From Octopus sinensis (lineage: Eukaryota), in contig NC_043008.1 in the NCBI RefSeq assembly GCF_006345805.1, positions 35,464,001-35,528,000 on the forward strand: a DNA stretch of 64,000 nucleotides. Direction: 5' to 3'. Positions within the stretch are counted from its first letter, which is position 1; each line of letters starts with the position of its first letter. Below, one piece after another: positions 40,046-53,486 of this stretch. Both the position numbers and the translations under genes were made by a program. Below the pieces are notes generated by a model. It ran no database searches. It was not told the origin of the DNA and saw only the letters and a program-made list of their open reading frames with translations.

Positions 40046-40184
40046 TATATATATATATTGTGTTGAGTTAAAAGTTTTGCAATATTTTAGTAACTTATTT
40101 GCTTTATTTGTCAAATTACATTAAAAGCAGCCAAGCATTCAATGTAGAGGCCATCGTGTTGTACATTCTGAAGCTACTTCTTTG

Positions 40185-40632
40185 GTCCCACGATGATTCC
40201 AGCTTTTTTTCTTTTCCTTCGAGAGGAAGAACACCTTCATTGAAGCTTCCCTTTCCTCTTGATTGATGAAGCATCGCGATCCGTGGATGGAAGAATTAAT
40301 AATCCGATGGAGCTAGCCCGAACTGTGCACCGGGTGTGATATCAGTGATTCCCTCAAGTTCCTAGAGTTTATTCCGGGTCATTTGAGCAGTACGATGCCT
40401 TGCATTGTCTTGCTGTAGAAAAGTTCGCTTTCTGTTAACCAATATCCTGTATTTTTGTCGAACAATAACATACCTCAGTTCCAGCTGTTCGGAGTACAAG
40501 TTTGCATCGATGAATCGACCATCTGGAACAAACTCTTAGTGAATTGAGATATCTCCACATAATTCCACCAAACGCAGAGCATCACCTTATGATCGAAAGG
40601 CCCACGTTTGGCGACAGGTTCCGGAATCTAAT
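40185..40632 (-). mobile_element. Mariner (DD34D) transposase remnant
   Basis: Hand translation KVMLCVWW..., YSEQL..., NRKRTFLQQDNAR, LAPSDY; frameshift and stops. Confidence 0.88.
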
Positions 40633-41068
40633 AAGTTACCAAAATATTGGATGTATGAATAATTTATTTGTATGATATAAAGATGTTGAATTTTTGGAAA
40701 AATAGCAATGCAAATAAATTATAAGTGCTAAAGCTCATATTAATAATACGTATTACTACAATAATCCCTAACATATCGCAGGGAATTTCTCATTATATGG
40801 TAGTGATTAACCAGTGGAATTATTTTAGATCTAATTATTGTAGATCTAACATTCTCGAATTGACTATATACACACATACACACATATATATATAGATAGC
40901 AGGAGATATGGTTTCTATTTCTAGTAGCTTGAGAACCTCGAAGGGGGTTTCAGTGTTTCATTTTTTGCTCGGTAATTTTAGGAAGTGTTATGAGCCAAAA
41001 GATTGGCCATGTTTTGAGAAGATTGAAAACGTAACGTTAGATTTCAAAAAAGCCAATCATCTTGCGGG

Positions 41069-41280
41069 GTAGCACGTGGCCTAGTGGTTAGGATATTGCT
41101 CGGAAGATCGTGGTTTCAATTCCCGAACCGGGCAGTTCTTGAGTAAAAACATTCCATTTCATGCTGCACCGATCTACTTAGATATAAATGATTAATCCTG
41201 TAACAGAGAAAGGGAATGTTGCGATCTCGATTACAGAAACCGAGTAATCAGCTTTACGAGTCCTAGGGCTGGAGACAGTT
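41069..41280 (+). mobile_element. Old SINE C2 copy
   Basis: cacgtggcctagtggttagg..ggtttcaattcccg..ttcttgagtaaaaaca resembles 46063-46300. Confidence 0.65.
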
Positions 41281-42572
41281 CTTACTTCGTTTCTGATATT
41301 CTTGTCATGGATATGAAGGAATGGTGAAAGTAGTTTGTCTGGTTTTTCAGTATTCATTTTTTACATTGTGAACAACTTCTGATGGGAACAGAAGTGAAGG
41401 AAGACGAAAAGATTAGAATATTTAGTATATTCAGTAACCCTTTGAAAGATTTTGGTATCTTCTTCTTTGGCGTTCTTGAACAACATTTCTAGGTTTTTCT
41501 TTTTTATGGCTTCCACAGATTACTGGTGAAGGGTCCTCAATATGAACGTTGTTTCTTGGTCCCTTCAACGTAGATGTAGAGTGACAAATAAAGTGTTAGA
41601 AAGGCACACACACACACAAACACGCGCGCACGCACGCACATACACTCAATAGTTGACGTAAGGCTGCGGTGGTAAAAAGGATAGCCGACCTCCGTGAAAT
41701 TTGAACTCTGTTAATTCGGCGACGAGGTATGTTTGGAAATTGAAATTAGGTATGAGTGATCCTCGAAACTCGGTCTACAGAGCTAGCAACAAGGTTTGAG
41801 CATAAATATAGCAAAACGCTGGCAATAGAATACCCTTCGTCGATCCTTCGAGTGTTTTTGTGGTATATCGATTTTAATATCTGCTGTTCTCTAATAACTA
41901 CTGCTGGAATAATACTTTACTAAGGAGAATGCTCTGAAAAGTATCTTTCCAGAAACTGTAACTGGAATAAAATTCCCGCAAGAGAGAACATTTTGAATGT
42001 TAGTAATTGCCATCAACTGTAGCCTGTATAAAACATTATCAGAGAGAATGCAGATATATTTGTGTTCTTTAACAACAGTTGCTAGGATAAAGTCCTTTAA
42101 AAGAGAGCAATTGTATATCAATTCTTCTTTCAGTGATAACGTAGATGAAACGATTAAAACGAGAGAAATGGATTCAGACGAAACTCTGTTGCTGACCTTT
42201 AATTCTAACCTTTCCAAAACAGTATCTCAAAATTATGATTCTATAAAGGTCAGAAGTAAGATGTAGTGTGGTGGTACACTTTGATGCAGACGATAATACG
42301 TCAGTGTATGCAATTCGTTATGTCACTATTCGAAGTTCAATTCTATAACGGATTTTATTTTATCCCTCATTTTCGTGTACCGATCGATAATAATGTACAT
42401 TGAGATAGTCATTTGACAATATCTCCTACCCTTTCTTTATAAAACTGGAACATTCTACCTAGAAAATGAAATTATGGGTCGAAAAATGTTGAATAACGTT
42501 TAATTGTTTCTTGTAGTTTTCAGTTGATCAAACTATATAGCGTTCAACTGTTGGTTGTTGAGTCTATTGTTG

Positions 42573-42688
42573 GTACCTAGTCCACAGCGATGTGTTATAC
42601 CGTACCTAGTCACCATAGATTTATAATACCGTATCTGGTCAACAGCGATATGTTATACTGTGCCTAGTCCCCATTGACATGAATTACT
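42573..42688. repeat. 29-bp minisatellite, 4 units, alternating A-B-A-B
   Basis: Units start at 42573, 42602, 42631 and 42660 (gtacctagtc...ttatac); units 1 and 3 share acagcgat.tgttatac. Confidence 0.85.
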
Positions 42689-43870
42689 GTTTCGATGTGT
42701 CAGTACACATTTATTATAAATAGTTAGTATAGGTTAAGGTATTGGTCATGAGACAACGCAGTAGATATTTCGTCAGTCTATAGTACATCTATCCTCGTTT
42801 ATCCCAGAATCAGTGATAGATGAATAATAGAACATATAGGGAAAATAGTTTTCGTTCTGAGATCCCAAGTTATCCTGGCTATTGTGGATGGTCGCAAAAG
42901 TGCACGTTTGCTATCCAAGCAGAATCTTTGAATGATCGCCAACCCGTTTCACAATGAGCTTATCGTGTTACCCAGATCAATGATGAATGAGTCAATGATG
43001 ACGAAGATTGATGCATTGAATCTTAGTCCTCTTATTGCTCCGTTGAGGAAAGGCAACTGGTTGCCATTTAACCTTGGGCCAGAGCCTTTCAACCTAATAG
43101 CACAACAGACTATGCTTTGTGGTATTCGTTACCACCGTTCGTGTTGTGAGTTCAAATGTCATAATAATTTACTTAGTTTGTCTCCCTCTTAAATACTTCT
43201 GTTACTACAAGTACCTTTAACAAAGTCTCTTTCGATGTAAGCATCCAGGCTGAGTCAGGTCTGTAGTTTGAGGATAACTTTCTCCTTCCCTTCTGCTTGT
43301 CTCAGATACGCATGCAAAAGATCATAGGCACTGCCTTACCGCTTGACTAAAATATGTAGTATTTGATTGCCTCTTCACTTGTATATCATTTAATAGTTAT
43401 AAATTCAATATAGTGTTATTTATTCACAAAAATATTTAAATACGCTGAAAATAAAAATAGGACAAATTCTAGTCAAAGAGAAAATTAAAACCAACCAGAA
43501 TATAATCTTTGATTTGGCATTGGAATGCCTACTTAGCTGGTAGGAGCGGATTCACATCAAAGAGTAATGACCCATAAAACTGCTATCCAGTTAATATCGT
43601 CCATAGGTGAAAGGATATCACGGGAAATGTCGCGTATCAAAGTCTGAGCTCTGCTGTGACACAGGGAACCTCACAGCAGAGACTCCTCCTCATGTATTCC
43701 AGGAGACTACCATTTGTATTTTCCCGGTTCCTGACATGCGCTGTTAACAATGTCAGGCAAGGGAAATAACTTCATATCTATCAAAAGAAAGACCCGCAGA
43801 ACATCTTAGAATCTCACAGGCATGAGACCAAAAATTTATAGGAGACAGGGTTGGAATGGTGGAAACTGGA

Positions 43871-45557
<1,687 letters not shown>

Positions 45558-46062
45558 GTGTGTGTGTGTGTGTGTGCGTGTGTGTGTGTGTGTGTGCGTG
45601 TGTGTTGTGTGTGTGTTGTGTGTGTGTGTGTGTGTGTGTGTGTGTCTGTGTGTAATTAGGTCTGTTCGATCAGTAAAGCTCTTACTTTACAATAGACAAA
45701 ACCCTTTGCAACCGTTGTAAAGAGCCAACTTGCTTAACGTGAAATAGCTTTGCAATAAGAACAATAAATATACATTTAGGTTTATATTATAAATACATTA
45801 TAACAATAGGATAGTTTATTCAAAATAAATGCTACTAAAATTTTGATTAATCAAAACAACATTTGTATGGAAGAGAAGTACACAATGAGCCATTACTACA
45901 ATTCAGACATAGACAGGGGTCACCACTCGAGATCAACATAAACATGTATCAATGACGGTATCGTAGCCAATAAAAGTTATTTGAAACATGTTTACTGTTA
46001 ACTGAAAACTATATAAGTGTGTGAATGTGCGTGTATTTTTAGGTATGTATAAATGCAGGTGG

Positions 46063-46300
46063 TGGAGGCGCGTGGCTTAGTGGTTAGGGTGTCAGCATCA
46101 TAATCGTAAGATTGTGGTTTCGATTCCTGGACCGTTGTGTTCTTGAGCAAAACACTTCATTTCACGTTGCTCCAATCCACTGAGCTTGCAAAAATGAATA
46201 ATGCTGCGATGGACTGGCGTCTCGTCCAGCTGGAAAACACATACGCCATTGAAACCGGGAAACCGGGCCCATGAGCCTGGCTAGGCTTTGAAAGGGCGCA
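46063..46300 (+). mobile_element. SINE C2
   Basis: ggaggcgcgtggcttagtggttaggg..ggtttcgattcctg; reverse complement of 58046-58288. Confidence 0.9.
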
Positions 46301-46596
46301 TTTATCTTTTTATTTATATATGCAGGTGTATATGTGTATACATATAAATGGGTGTGTGTATGGCTAAAAAAAGCAGAAAACAAACAATATCACTGATATT
46401 TCAAAAACTTCCCTTCGCCAACAAACACAAACGTTCACAAATACATAATTATTAATAATGATTGCATAATATTATCACATATTTCATAATATGACGTAAG
46501 TATCATCTCATCAGGACGATATCAAAATATTTAGAAGACCTCTTGATGGGATGACACTTATGTCATAGAATTAGTATTAATAATATTGCGGTTGCA

Positions 46597-46980
46597 AGGC
46601 GGTGAGCTGGCAGAATCGTTAGCACGCCGGGCGAAATGCTTTGCGGTATTTCGTCTGCCGTTACGTTCTGAGTTCAAATTCCGCCGAGGTCGACTTTGCC
46701 TTTCTTCCTTTCGGGGTCGATTAAATACATACCAGTTACGCACTGGAGTCGATATAATCGACTTAATCCCTTTGTCTGTCCTTGTTTGTCCCCTCTGTGG
46801 GTAGTAATGAAATAGGTATTTCGTTTTTACGTTCTGAGTTCAAATTCCGCCGAGGTCGACTTTGCCTTTCATCCTTTCGGGGTCAATATATTAAATACCA
46901 GTTGCGTACTGGGGTCGATCTAATCGACTGGCCCCCTCCGCCAAAATTTCGGGCCTTGCGCCTAGAGTATAAAATAATGA
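46597..46980 (+). mobile_element. SINE B, dimeric, second body with a different 3' end
   Basis: Head ggcggtgagctggcagaatcgttagc; junction gaaata|ggtatttcg at 46814/46815. Confidence 0.92.
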
Positions 46981-47224
46981 TATTATGGTTGTATATGTCT
47001 GTGTTTGTAATAGATGGAGAAATGAACCCTTTGAAATATGAATAATATTGCTCGTTTTCTATTTTCTCTTGTACAGTTTGCTCCCAGCTTTTGTTATAGT
47101 CATATAAATTCTATGCTGCATCATACGTACTGTCGCATTCGTATGAAATTTTATTGGGGTCCAACGTAATGTAATGAATTAAACTCTAAAATCTGTTGAT
47201 ATTTCTCTTGTGCATACGCATCTA

Positions 47225-47384
47225 ATCTGCAGGTTGCATACACCCAACAACATTGGGGGTTCAGTCCTATTGCCTAGGACCTTTAGCAAGTGTCTTCTGC
47301 TAGCCCCACCTCAATCAAGCCTTGTGAGTGGATTTCGTAAAAAGAAACCGAAAGAAACCTGTCGCGTGTGTATATATGCATATA

Positions 47385-47420
<36 letters not shown>

Positions 47421-47444
47421 TGTATGTATGTGTGTGTGTGTATG

Positions 47445-47499
<55 letters not shown>

Positions 47500-48262
47500 A
47501 TATAAGCCACAATACATGGATTCAAATAATCCGGGTACTCATAAAAAAATCTCCTCAAAACGTATAGAATATATAATACAATACAAGAGAGATTGATAAG
47601 GAGTGTATAAAGTTATAATTGACAGACAAATACTATGATGAAATTTTATTTATCAATAAGAAAATTCAAATGTCATGACAAATTGTTTCATAACTTAAAG
47701 CATGTAAAGATAATTTATATTATTATATTTGATAATAAATAAATTACTTATATCTCTGCATTAATGCAAAAGAATTTTAAAACAATACAGAAATTAAACT
47801 ATGTATGTATGTATGCATGTATGTATGTATGTATGTATGTATGTATGTATGTATGTATGTATGTATGTATGCATGACATTGTTCCGTTTTTTCCAAGATT
47901 CCTTGCCAATAGGTTCCTAACCTAGATCCAAGGCTCCTTCATTGGAATTTCAACGTACGTACTTATGTATATATATATGTGTATATGTGTGTATGTATGT
48001 GTGTGTGTTGTGTGTTTTTGTGTGAGCGTATAATATGTGTGTCGTCTGCATGTACCACTGTGTCTTTGTTCACCACCATCTCTTGACAATCGGTGTTGGT
48101 TTATTTACGTCCTCGTAACTCAGTGATGCAGCAAAAGAGAGTGATAGAATAAGCACCAGAATTTATAATAAGTACTGGGTTGCATTTGGTCGACTAAACC
48201 CATCACGTCGTCACCCCAGCATGGCCACAGTCTAATGAATGAAACATGAAAATGAAAGATAG
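47225..48262 (+). mobile_element. Probable single SINE A split by insertions into its internal microsatellite (5' half 47225-47365, 3' half 48040-48262)
   Basis: Both halves on + in the expected order, with about 670 bp of microsatellite, AT-rich DNA and a Dong tail between them. Confidence 0.6.
47800..47957 (-). mobile_element. R4/Dong 3'UTR tip with (TACA)n
   Basis: Reverse complement gttgaaattccaatgaaggagccttggatctaggttag..aacaatgtcatgcatac(atac)n matches 2450-2612. Confidence 0.85.
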
Positions 48263-48366
48263 ATATACAGAGGGACATAGATAGATGGGATGATGGCTAC
48301 ACTTACAGACTGACAGATACATCAGACAGCCAGAAAGACAGACATATAAATAGATCCGTAAGTAAG

Positions 48367-48412
<46 letters not shown>

Positions 48413-48417
48413 TATAA

Positions 48418-48492
<75 letters not shown>

Positions 48493-48580
48493 TTTCTCAA
48501 ATACAAATATATATTTTCACTTCACATGATGCCTTCCCGAGTTAATAAATTCAATTATTCTAATTATATCGACTAGAGAG

Positions 48581-48624
<44 letters not shown>

Positions 48625-49278
48625 CAATGTAAATGATGGGTGAATCGATTCATATATATACTGAAATAAATATATACATATTTACCAGCATAAAAGCTTC
48701 TCTGACAAACTGTGTTCATCAGCGGGGATGAACACATACATATGCATATATATGTATCAGCGGGAAACTACATAGGTGTATGTGTATGAGTGTAAATACG
48801 TGTGTGTATATATATATATATATAAGTATATATGATTATGTATGTGTATGAGTATAAATTCATACTTATGTTCTCTTTTATGCGTATGGGGTTTATATAG
48901 CGTGTGGGTGGGTAGGGGCCTATGTGTATTTGTTTATAAATTCAGCTTTAAATTCCAATTTCAAAACGGCACCGTATAGTTACATTATTGTCGTTACCAT
49001 TTCAAAGAGGTGATTTATTGTTATTAAATCAATAAATACCAAACTAAATGTACCAAACTAGCATATATATGGCAAATATATATCAATATTTTAGTATAAA
49101 CCTATTAATGTATTTATACTCACTCTATAGAGTAAACACTTTCATCGTCACATACAGACTATTTAACTGATAGTTCCTACTATGTGTAAATAATGATAAT
49201 AATAATAATGATGATGATAATAATAATAATAAGAAGAAGAAGAAGAATAAGAATAAGAAGAAGAAGAAGAAGAAGAAG

Positions 49279-49328
<50 letters not shown>

Positions 49329-49831
49329 TGGCGTGAAATAGCTTTGCAATAAGAACAATAAATATATATTTAGGTTATATTATAAATACATTATTACAAT
49401 AGTATAGTTTATTCAAAATAAATGCTACTAAAAGACATGAATGAAAATATGATAATAATAACGGCACAGACTTTCTATAGTATTTTATAACATTTGATGT
49501 TCAAAGCTTAGAAGTCATTGAGAAAATATTTGATTTTTCTCTCAAATATATCAGAAAATATACTTAAAATGTTTAAATATAACAGTCGTGTTGTTTACTT
49601 TGGCAATTGTAGCTATCGTACAAGAACACTGAAATACATACACAAATACATACACATACACACATGTATATATATTTGTGTGTGTGTATGTGGATATATA
49701 TATGTGTGTGTGTGTGTGTATGCATGTATGTATGCATCGATAACGCCTAGTAGAAGGTGCTCCATTTCCACTCACCAAAGTGAATGGAGCTTTGACCAGG
49801 AGGAACTGTCATCAAACACGCATACATATAC

Positions 49832-49879
<48 letters not shown>

Positions 49880-49892
49880 CATATATATATAC

Positions 49893-49923
<31 letters not shown>

Positions 49924-50101
49924 CATACATATATGTATATACATACATATATATAAATATGTATGCATGCATATACATATTTATGTATATATATATATAT
50001 ATTATATATATATATATATATACATATATATAAATTTACATATAAAGTTACACACATATGCAAACGCATATATATATACATGTGTGCGTGTATATATATG
50101 T

Positions 50102-50142
<41 letters not shown>

Positions 50143-51077
50143 ATTTAATGTACACAGTATAAAGACACGAGCTGCTCGTGTCACCAAATAATCTTTGGGC
50201 TCTGAGTACATGATCTGTTGTATTTGAAAATCAGACACTGGCACATGAGAAACCAATAGAGATTTAAAAAAAAACGAGTAGGTTGATGCAAAAGGTGGAA
50301 GAGTGAATAAAAGCGGAAAAAGAAAAGAAAAGAAAGAATATTAGAATTACCTCCCCTTTGATCTTGGAAGCCATTAACAAACCAGTTGTTGTAGAATGAT
50401 TCGAAGGAGGGAGGTCCAATGTCTGCGAGATATATCGAAACAAGTATGCATGCATTGATGATTCAAATAATCCTACCATGTTTCATGAAGAACATTCTCG
50501 GTACCAACTACGAAATTTTACAACTACGGAATTTTACTTAAGTTTTCCAGCAAAATGTTAACAGAATTATGTAACGTGGTTACTCATAAAATTTTCTTTA
50601 TCCGTGAATGATAACACGATCCGGAGTTGCTATAAAATTAATATGTTGTTTGTTAAGTTAAAAGTTCTTACTAAACCTTTCCTATGACGCTTATATCTGC
50701 TTTTGAATTTTATGATAGTGTTACTGTGTGAAAACTTGATCTTGGCGATACTTTGAAGTAACAGTTGTTTGTTTTCATTATTTCATAAATATTAACTCTC
50801 TACGATCATTAGTGTCATGTGTTAGTGTATTTATTCTATACATTGTTAAATTGACGAACACATATCAATAAACTTATAAGTATAAAGTGATGAATGTGCA
50901 AAGTCGGTAGAAACTTTGGATGAAAGTTTCGTAGTGTTTGTTCCGAATCTCACCGAAATCAACTTTGGCTTTCGGAGTCGGTTAAGAAAACAGGTTCGAA
51001 TCCCGACAAAAGAGTGGCATTAGTGTTAATATACTAAGCATATTTAAGGCTTACAAATCAATATTATGCTTTATGTA

Positions 51078-51263
51078 AGGCGGTGAGCTGGCAGAGACGT
51101 TAGAAGGCCGAGCTTAGCGCAATTTAGTCTATCTTTACGTTCTGAATTCGAATTCCGCCGAGGTCACTTTGCCTTTCATCCTTTCGGGGTCGATAAATTA
51201 AGTGCCAGTTGCATACTGAGGTCGATCTAATCGACTGGCCCCCTCCCCAAAAATTTCGGGCCT
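51078..51263 (+). mobile_element. SINE B monomer
   Basis: Head plus one body ending gactggccccctccccaaaaatttcgggcc. Confidence 0.9.
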
Positions 51264-51487
51264 TTTCCATTCACCAAAGTGAATGGAATATCTCTACAGA
51301 TACTCTATATTTGGTAGCATATTATGGTTGCAAAACGAAACACTGTGTCCGTGATAGCAATTAATGTTTACGTACAAGTTGCTAGGAGTGTGTTTAATAT
51401 GTAAGTTGGTCTCTCCAATGGTACTACACCACTAAACTTTGTGGATATTCAAGCAATGGGTTCGTGGATGGTTGAAGGTTGGGATGT

Positions 51488-51532
51488 GGTGCTGATGAAA
51501 GAGCAATAATACTCGAAATATGCATATACACC
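51488..51532 (+). ncRNA. Minimal type I hammerhead ribozyme motif (PLE type)
   Basis: GGUG-CUGAUGA-AA-GAG(CAAUAAUA)CUC-GAA-AUAUGCAUAU-A-CACC: intact core, helix I 4 bp, helix II 3 bp, 10-nt palindromic helix III, AUA cleavage triplet. Confidence 0.7.
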
Positions 51533-51836
51533 CATTAACTATTTTTTTCTGTCTTCGATAGGAAATGTCGTAAGTGTCAGTGCTGACTCTGGATTCTATA
51601 GAAATTTGTAGAGATAAACTTAAATATGTAAACATTGGTAGTATGGAAACTGGAAACTTGTATGCATGGGTAAGTGCCAGTCCTGCTCATAAAAAATATG
51701 GTCTAGCCTGGCCACACTAGCAGATATATGATCAACAACAGTAACTGATGCAAGCCTTATTTCATATCACTCAATCAATATTTATTATTCAACATTCAAC
51801 AAAGAAATACGAATAACAGAAGTTATAAAGGTTTAG

Positions 51837-52554
51837 AGTCAGTCATTGGCAGACATAGTTTATTAAGGCTTTCCATTCATTTCCATCTGCAGCCACTAGG
51901 AGTATTTTAATTGAGCGACATCCCACCGTCTGCACGAATCATACGGTGGTAAGTTGTACTTGGTCGTTTCCCGTCGCGCTTTCCACCTTGTAGTGTGTTA
52001 AGCAGCAGGCTTTGTTGATAGCATTCATCAGGTGGGTGTCGCAATTAGTGACCAATCCATCTCTGTCAGCGTTCCTTTACTCTTGTACTCGTTTGCTTTC
52101 CCTCAACCATTTGGTACAATGTATCATTCGAAACGTGGTCTTTATAGGATGTCGGATATATTTTCCTCAGGTTTCTTGTGTGGAAAATGCTCACCATGGC
52201 TCTTTACCGATTTGTATTCATTACCGATGTCTCGCATCCATATGTAAAAATCAGAAGACATATATTTTTGTCCATCTTTATCTTCGTTATTGTGCTAATG
52301 CCAGACGACCGGGAGTGTTGAAGCTGCGACATTGTTCTACACGCCGCTCTTCTTCTGTATATGATGTCACTGTTTCAGTTGTGAGAGAGACCAGTTACAG
52401 TCGATCCAAAGTAAGTGAATTTGTCAACTCTTGATAGTTTCCCGGACGCCTGTTGTTTCGTCTCTGTTGATATTTTTATGTTGACGTACTCTGTCTTCGA
52501 CTGGTTTATTTCTAGCGTCAAAGTCATTGCTTCTCGCATGACACGATTCCATAT
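51837..52554 (-). mobile_element. RTE-clade LINE, 5'-truncated (RT C-terminus)
   Basis: LEINQSKTEYV, VDKFTYFGS, TYGCET, RWIGH*LR, GGKRDGKRP; several stops; short (TGAC)n-like tail. Confidence 0.88.
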
Positions 52555-52660
52555 GTTGTGTGTGTGTGTGCGTGCGTGTGTGTGTGTGTGTGTGTGTGTG
52601 AGTGTGTGTGTGTGTGTGTGCCTGTGTGTGTGTATGTGTATGTGTGTGAACATGTATATG

Positions 52661-52702
<42 letters not shown>

Positions 52703-52705
<3 letters not shown>

Positions 52706-53001
52706 TGTACATTTAAACACAAAAGAGGTGACCCTTAATAGGAAGCCTTACATGCTAGAAGGAGCAGTCAAAACGTCCAAAACCACATTTAAGAGCAATT
52801 TCGAAGGGAATGAAAAATAAAACTTTTACCTTGTTTTTTACAACCATGCCTAGGTTTCGAACTCTAATTAGCAAATAAAATGATTTGCTAAGCGACGTTC
52901 TCACCAGTGGCTACGCCAAAACAATTAACATATAATTTAGATACAGAATAACGCGTGTCACATCCTTAAGGGTCACCTGTTTTGTGTTTAAATGTACACT
53001 T
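52703..53001. mobile_element. ~300-bp element with 35-bp terminal inverted repeats enclosing a hammerhead-like motif
   Basis: 52703-52737 vs 52967-53001 match at 34/35; hammerhead fold on the minus strand at 52841-52913. Confidence 0.8.
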
Positions 53002-53149
53002 TCACATATATATAAAAAATATGATGTCTATTGACTTTTTATACATGCTAGGCCACTGGTAGTGAAATTTTCTAAAATTTTGCTACCCTATCTTATTTTA
53101 TGTATATATCTGTGTGTGTGTGTGTGTGTGTGTGTTGATTCGTATATGT

Positions 53150-53352
53150 ATATGTGCGTGCGCCGTTTGACAATCGATGTTGATATCTTTGCACCCCGTT
53201 CACATGGCAGTTCGGCAATAAGAAACCGGCATAAGTATCGGTGTTTAAAAAGTAAGTACTCAGTTCAATTTGATCAACTGTTCACTTTGAATCGATGCTC
53301 CAGCAAGGTCGCACTTCGACGACAGAAACAAATAAAAATCAAAGTATAAAAG
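53150..53352 (+). mobile_element. Old SINE A 3' half
   Basis: ttgacaatcgatgttg..gttcggcaa..ataagta..gatgctccagcaaggtcgca after (TG)n. Confidence 0.65.
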
Positions 53353-53448
53353 TAATTTGCATAAAGTTTATTATGTCATTTACGTAATCACCAGTGGAGG
53401 ATAAGCGACCATATAATCACATATATTTGTGTATATGTATATATATAT

Positions 53449-53485
<37 letters not shown>

Positions 53486-53486
53486 C

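Noticed and set aside
41891-42266. Overlapping ORFs on both strands; possible exon 42134-42248 (+)
   Set aside because: No recognisable domain; splice signals are only moderate.
46470-46520. CUGAUGA...GAAA on the minus strand
   Set aside because: Helix II does not close next to GAAA and there is no helix I.
48711-48736. 10-bp hairpin tgtgttcatc/gatgaacaca; similar short stems at 4234-4267 and 14688-14705
   Set aside because: Single, short and without context; plausible by chance in 64 kb of AT-rich DNA.
50416-50457. CUGCGA-GAUAUAUC-GAAACAAGUA
   Set aside because: Needs a core deletion and helix I is out of register; not supportable.
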